Shown here: piece after piece, positions 62,701 to 64,000 of the stretch
How positions within the stretch are numbered: position 1 is the stretch's first letter
Layout: the number at the start of each line of letters is the position of its first letter
Source of the DNA: Octopus sinensis
Lineage: Eukaryota
Direction: 5' to 3'
NCBI RefSeq assembly: GCF_006345805.1
Contig: NC_043005.1
Span: 20,584,001 to 20,648,000 of the forward strand
DNA: 64,000 nt
Translations under genes and position numbers: made by a program
Notes under the pieces: model-generated
What the model saw: only the letters and a program-made list of their open reading frames with translations
Databases searched by the model: none
What the model was told of the DNA's origin: nothing

Positions 62701-63128
62701 AAAGTACAGAACTGGGAATGGTTATTATCGGTTTAGCCTAGAGACAAGTAAATTTGGTGAGCCTAGTCTAGAGACAAGTTAATTCGACTTCAGTTGTGTC
62801 TCCTGGAACCAACTAATGACGCAGGGTGAGGTATCCTGTCTTATTGTTGTTGTTGTTTTCATTGGTCTAAATTTTACTTTAATTTCAGCTTCTCAAATCC
62901 ATTTTGTGAAAATTAAAGATGCAGCTTTGAAAGTCTTTGGAAAAACATTGTTGGACAAGGAAAATGTAACAACAGAAGTTTGTGCACGAAAATGTTTGTC
63001 TGACGAAAATTGTTTATCATTTGAAATAACTAAAAAAAGAGGAAAATGTTATTTATCAAAAGAAGCTGCAGATTTCTCCAGGAAAATAAGTAAAGACAAA
63101 AGCAGAATTTATTACCAACGAGTAAAAT
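134..63128 (+). CDS. Multi-exon gene (internal part only) encoding a large extracellular protein of tandem PAN/apple and Sushi/CCP modules, order B-S-S-A-B-S-A-B-S-S-A-B-S-A
   Basis: 14 exons, each with a polypyrimidine-AG acceptor and GT donor, length divisible by 3, phase 1-1, no stops and 4 conserved Cys. Consecutive splicing gives one open frame of 972 codons. No start or stop exon was found in the window. Confidence 0.9.
587..950 (-). mobile_element. Two adjacent SINE fragments (tRNA-derived types)
   Basis: 587-770 carries ccccaggactta...cctggtactta...ctaagttacgggga. 818-950 carries tttccgtctaccaaatcc...acacttgctcaaggtg...ggactgaaccc, the reverse of a pol III B-box-like head; a homologue lies at about 34100-34250. 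Boundaries approximate. Confidence 0.55.
1068..1225 (-). mobile_element. SINE 3' portion with (GAT)n tail
   Basis: (cat)n-ttaacgt...ctagcatgggttggacgg...ctggatgcccttcctaacgccaaccactc; the same family recurs more than 10 times in the window. Confidence 0.7.
1226..1376. repeat. (TA)n/(TACA)n microsatellite
   Basis: Direct reading; source of the spurious YIYI/HTYI ORFs. Confidence 0.95.
1377..2620 (+). mobile_element. Degenerate Tc1/mariner-superfamily DNA transposon (DD37D maT-like)
   Basis: TA-flanked imperfect TIRs cagggtgcgatgggtaaattg / caatttattcaccacaccctg; broken transposase ([18 protein letters not shown] and downstream catalytic-domain remnants). Confidence 0.7.
2630..2905 (-). mobile_element. 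SINE, (GAT)n-tailed family
   Basis: Same sequence family as 1068-1225. Confidence 0.7.
2925..3269 (-). mobile_element. Mariner fragment (TIR plus transposase C-terminus)
   Basis: TIR-like caaagtggtatcaaaaggttctcagactag (also at 21948 and 43491); [26 protein letters not shown]. Confidence 0.7.
3272..4550 (-). mobile_element. Full-length degenerate mariner (DD34D) transposon
   Basis: TIRs tcaggtcatcccataagt / acttacgggatgacctga; [32 protein letters not shown] and catalytic [16 protein letters not shown] in broken frames. Confidence 0.85.
4825..4995 (+). CDS. Exon S1, Sushi/CCP domain
   Basis: tttcag|TTACAC...TGTAATG|gtaatg, 171 nt; [56 protein letters not shown]; CxxP...C...C...W...C pattern. 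Confidence 0.9.
5038..8396 (+). mobile_element. Head-to-tail dimer of a non-autonomous Helitron (5038-6848 and 6849-8396)
   Basis: 5' TC start with tgaaatgcgaaaagtttgtttgtttg (repeated near 6865); 3' hairpin acccgtgcgtagagtgggt followed by CTAG (6848) or GTAG (8396). Inserted between A5037 and T8397 with no TSD; the empty site is visible in the paralogous intron (ttggta|attttgtta, near 12865). Unit 1 contains a SINE at about 6470-6800. Confidence 0.75.
8436..8690 (-). mobile_element. 3' LTR of Ty3/gypsy element
   Basis: Minus strand reads TGTGA...TTACA, immediately preceded by polypurine tract GAAGGGAAAA (8691-8700). Confidence 0.75.
8691..12376 (-). mobile_element. Ty3/gypsy internal region gag-PR-RT-RH-INT, frameshifted, 5' LTR missing
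   Basis: gag with CCHC knuckle ([14 protein letters not shown]), protease ALIDTGS, RT ([16 protein letters not shown]), RNase H, integrase ([15 protein letters not shown]) in gypsy order across several frames. Confidence 0.92.
12653..12823 (+). CDS. Exon S2, Sushi/CCP domain (recent duplicate of S1)
   Basis: tttcag|GCACAA...TGTAAAG|gtaatg, 171 nt; [56 protein letters not shown]. Confidence 0.9.
13300..13990 (-). mobile_element. Fossil Tx1/L1-like LINE RT fragment, shared with paralogous introns
   Basis: [10 protein letters not shown]...[13 protein letters not shown]; homologous remnants at about 32460-33240, 50990-51345 and 60900-61680. Confidence 0.6.
15002..16655 (+). mobile_element. Degenerate mariner transposon nested in the Helitron, itself containing a SINE (about 15170-15545)
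   Basis: TA-flanked TIRs ttggatcatcccataaataat / attatttatgggatgacccaa; [23 protein letters not shown]. Confidence 0.85.
17136..18225 (-). mobile_element. TRIM-like miniature non-autonomous LTR retrotransposon
   Basis: Direct repeats 17136-17284 and 18088-18225 (TGTTG...ATATCA on minus), 5-bp TSD TTTTG on both sides, PBS-like TGGCGACAAGGA after the 5' LTR, polypurine tract GGAGGGAGG before the 3' LTR. Confidence 0.85.
19935..20250 (-). mobile_element. SINE, (GAT)n-tailed family, with internally duplicated segment
   Basis: ggatgcccttcc-aa-ccaaccact motif occurs twice (about 20055 and 20156). Confidence 0.65.
20628..20705. repeat. (GA)n(GT)n microsatellite
   Basis: Direct reading. Confidence 0.95.
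20997..21236 (+). CDS. Exon A1, PAN/apple domain type A
   Basis: ttctag|ATACTC...GTGAAAT|gtaatt, 240 nt; [79 protein letters not shown]. Confidence 0.9.
21948..22680 (+). mobile_element. Internally deleted mariner
   Basis: Left TIR caaagtggtgtcaaaaacttcc; HTH remnants ([19 protein letters not shown]) and [26 protein letters not shown]. Confidence 0.75.
22830..23190 (-). mobile_element. R4/Dong-like (REL-endonuclease) LINE 3' fragment
   Basis: [32 protein letters not shown]...[18 protein letters not shown] followed by a short 3' UTR and (TAA)n. Confidence 0.75.
24330..24482 (+). mobile_element. tRNA-derived SINE fragment
   Basis: ctttcatcctttcggggttgat-attaagtaccag core; minus-strand relatives at about 31970-32165 and 42690-42890. 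Confidence 0.65.
24779..25012 (+). CDS. Exon B2, PAN/apple domain type B
   Basis: ttccag|CTAATG...AATACAG|gtcagc, 234 nt; [77 protein letters not shown]. Confidence 0.9.
25470..27690 (+). mobile_element. Degenerate RTE-clade LINE (APE endonuclease plus RT)
   Basis: GVQEVRWKG...GVGILLAEK-like EN motifs; [24 protein letters not shown]; many stops and deletions. Confidence 0.85.
27720..29095 (-). mobile_element. Ty3/gypsy gag-protease fragment
   Basis: gag (KLEVLL...[25 protein letters not shown]), CCHC remnant ([11 protein letters not shown]), protease ALLDMGSD. Confidence 0.8.
29097..29370 (-). mobile_element. SINE, (GAT)n-tailed family
   Basis: Near-consensus copy of the family at 1068, 2630 and 6470. 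Confidence 0.75.
31176..31346 (+). CDS. Exon S3, Sushi/CCP domain
   Basis: tttcag|TTTTCA...TGTGAAG|gtaaca, 171 nt; [56 protein letters not shown]. Missed by the ORF track. Confidence 0.9.
31970..32165 (-). mobile_element. tRNA-derived SINE
   Basis: ggtacttattttatcaaccc...aaaggcaaagt...ggtggaatttgaatt; reverse complement of the 24330 family. Confidence 0.65.
32460..33240 (-). mobile_element. Fossil Tx1/L1-like LINE fragment (paralogue of 60900-61680)
   Basis: Shared ttccatt-cctaggtcaggtttgatcca...cttaggattacattagataat block. Confidence 0.6.
35227..35466 (+). CDS. Exon A2, PAN/apple domain type A
   Basis: ttccag|AAATTA...GTAAAAC|gtgatt, 240 nt; [79 protein letters not shown]. Confidence 0.9.
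36757..36990 (-). mobile_element. SINE, (GAT)n-tailed family
   Basis: Family motif gatgcccttcttaatgccaacc with (cat)n tail. Confidence 0.65.
37214..37740. repeat. Foldback/MITE-like element with internal inverted subrepeats
   Basis: ggacacaatgccaaa arrays (about 37370-37445) versus tttggcattgtgtcc (about 37548-37563). Confidence 0.45.
38368..38601 (+). CDS. Exon B3, PAN/apple domain type B
   Basis: ttgcag|CCAATG...AATCCAG|gtcagt, 234 nt; [77 protein letters not shown]. Confidence 0.9.
40175..40320. repeat. (TA)n and (TAA)n microsatellites
   Basis: Direct reading. Confidence 0.95.
42121..42291 (+). CDS. Exon S4, Sushi/CCP domain
   Basis: ttccag|TTTACA...TGTGAAG|gtaaca, 171 nt; [56 protein letters not shown]. 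Confidence 0.9.
43491..45833 (+). mobile_element. Mariner-TIR-bounded composite: HTH remnant plus internal gag-bearing segment
   Basis: TA-flanked TIRs tgaggtgttatcaaaatgttcctggactag / ctagtcctggaacgttttgataaaacctca; [24 protein letters not shown]; catalytic domain absent. Confidence 0.8.
44273..44965 (-). mobile_element. LTR-retrotransposon (Ty3/gypsy-type) gag remnant
   Basis: [36 protein letters not shown]..., EIRRL, and a CGHPGHIAK knuckle remnant; frameshifted. Confidence 0.7.
45990..47520 (-). mobile_element. Degenerate RTE-clade LINE (EN/RT fragment)
   Basis: [15 protein letters not shown] and GVLIPIFK...CPNHRGIS remnants. Confidence 0.65.
47790..48180. repeat. Degenerate tandem repeat, unit about 165 bp, about 2.5 copies
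   Basis: aggcctattg-atgttttgacctacccataaatcaaa and aaatttagtgctccatcc each occur twice; ttcaagctga three times. Confidence 0.75.
48478..48648 (+). CDS. Exon S5, Sushi/CCP domain
   Basis: tttcag|CTTATG...TGTAAAG|gtaatg, 171 nt; [56 protein letters not shown]. Confidence 0.9.
49110..50420 (-). mobile_element. Degenerate R4/Dong-like LINE 3' half
   Basis: VQEQDLQT...PLCRLCEK...IHWEFC and [10 protein letters not shown] remnants. Confidence 0.65.
51350..52560 (+). mobile_element. Degenerate RTE-clade LINE RT 3' part
   Basis: [15 protein letters not shown] and YLGDLIS remnants; same family as 25470-27690. Confidence 0.8.
53400..53610 (+). mobile_element. SINE, (GAT)n-tailed family, plus orientation
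   Basis: gtggttggcattaggaagagcatcc...ccatgctagcatggaaa...(gat)n. Confidence 0.7.
54523..54762 (+). CDS. Exon A3, PAN/apple domain type A
   Basis: ttttag|ATCCTC...GTAAAAT|gtaatt, 240 nt; [79 protein letters not shown]. Confidence 0.9.
55896..56126 (+). CDS. Exon B4, PAN/apple domain type B
   Basis: ttgcag|CTGGTG...CACCCCG|gtcagt, 231 nt; [76 protein letters not shown]. Confidence 0.9.
56205..56370. repeat. (TA)n/(TACA)n/(CCT,CAT)n compound microsatellite
   Basis: Direct reading; source of the poly-S, poly-E and poly-P ORFs. Confidence 0.95.
56480..57260 (-). mobile_element. RTE-clade LINE RT C-terminal fragment
   Basis: GPKVHLAKT...[14 protein letters not shown]; same family as 51350-52560. 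Confidence 0.7.
58352..59588 (-). mobile_element. Full-length degenerate mariner transposon
   Basis: TA-flanked TIRs tgaggggtggctgaaaagttcatag / ctatgaacatttcagccacc-cctca; [12 protein letters not shown]...[12 protein letters not shown]. Confidence 0.88.
59920..60090 (+). CDS. Exon S6, Sushi/CCP domain
   Basis: ttccag|TATTCG...TGTAAAG|gtaatg, 171 nt; [56 protein letters not shown]. Missed by the ORF track. Confidence 0.9.
60900..61680 (-). mobile_element. Fossil Tx1/L1-like LINE fragment
   Basis: [15 protein letters not shown] and RT remnants; paralogous to 13300, 32460 and 50990. Confidence 0.6.
62889..63128 (+). CDS. Exon A4, PAN/apple domain type A
   Basis: tttcag|CTTCTC...GTAAAAT|gtaatt, 240 nt; [79 protein letters not shown]. 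Confidence 0.9.
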
Positions 63129-64000
63129 GTAATTATTCTTTGTATTTTATTATTGGATTCTCATAACCATTTTTTCTGAAATTTATATTTCCATTTGTAT
63201 TTCATAGAATATAGACATCAACAAATTTACCTGTAAGGATAGACATAAACATACTTTAGAAATAAGGCATGTTAAGCACTGTAAATACTGTTAGAGGATT
63301 CTCATACACCTTGAACACTATTATGTATGCTTGCAATCGTGTTTTGTCTCTTATAAGAAAGAAATCCCTTGTCCTTTTTCTTAAATCCAAACAGTAGTAG
63401 TGGTGGTGGTGATATCAATCCCAAAAAGGCGAAAGGCAAAGTTGACACCAGCAGTGTCTCAGCTTAGAATGTAATGAGTTTGAAGAGATACCATTATGTG
63501 GCATAGCTTATGCACATCATCTTGCCATCATGTCCTTCATAATCTGATATGCAAAATAAGAGAAAAAGTAATACCAATCTATGTAGTTGTGTATCTCCTA
63601 TATTTTGTTATGATTATTAGGGATGGATGCCCTTCCTATCACCAACCATTATACGACATGTAGAGATCCTTTTACCCATTCAACTGGAATTTTAAAAATT
63701 TGTCTGCCTGTAGTGAAGAATCCTCTCAACATAACATAGGTACCTATTCAGAATAGTTCCATGAATTTAAAAGCAAAACATCCAGCAATTTCACTCACTT
63801 TGATATAAAGGGATTTTGTCCTTTTCTATCAAAATCTTGAAACCACGAACAACAAGGAAAATTCACTAGATTTAATGATCTCAGTATTAGAATACTAGGA
63901 TATCAGTGCTGTTATGATGAATTTTTCTAGGTTGAAAAAAGGTGTGCCAAGCTAAATTCAGAACTTACTGCAATATTTTTCCTGGGCACCCTCAATAAAT

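Noticed and set aside
62816-62888. Signal-peptide-like N-terminus [25 protein letters not shown] before A4 (and [11 protein letters not shown] before A1), suggesting each cassette is a separate secreted gene
   Set aside because: The hydrophobic stretch is the T-rich acceptor region containing a CTAAAT branch-point-like motif. The homologous sequence is frameshifted before A2 and has an in-frame TAA before A3. An internal start at A1 or A4 is not strictly excluded without 5' end data.
134-63128. Regularly recurring repeats as a CRISPR-like or satellite array
   Set aside because: The repeats are spliceable protein-coding exons with alignable introns in a eukaryotic genome; there are no repeat-spacer units or cas genes.

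Overview
Eukaryotic, AT-rich, microsatellite- and transposon-dense genomic DNA; the SINE, LINE and microsatellite landscape suggests a coleoid cephalopod such as Octopus (inference). The whole window lies inside one + strand gene whose start and end are outside it. I find 14 intact coding exons (2,916 nt, 972 codons), all bounded by AG/GT, all phase 1-1 and each encoding one four-cysteine extracellular module. There are three exon types: PAN/apple type A (240 nt), PAN/apple type B (231-234 nt) and a compact Sushi/CCP domain S (171 nt). The order is B-S-S-A-B-S-A-B-S-S-A-B-S-A, a serially duplicated A-B-S cassette whose introns still align between copies. The youngest duplicate pair (Sushi exons at 4825 and 12653) differs at 17 nt, 16 of them in codons that change the amino acid, while the flanking intron is about 97-98% identical. 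That pattern points to diversifying selection on a modular recognition or adhesion protein. The introns hold decayed mariner/Tc1, Ty3/gypsy, RTE, R4/Dong-like, Tx1/L1-like, Helitron and SINE copies, plus a structurally complete miniature LTR element (TRIM). Most ORFs in the supplied track are microsatellite or transposon artefacts.
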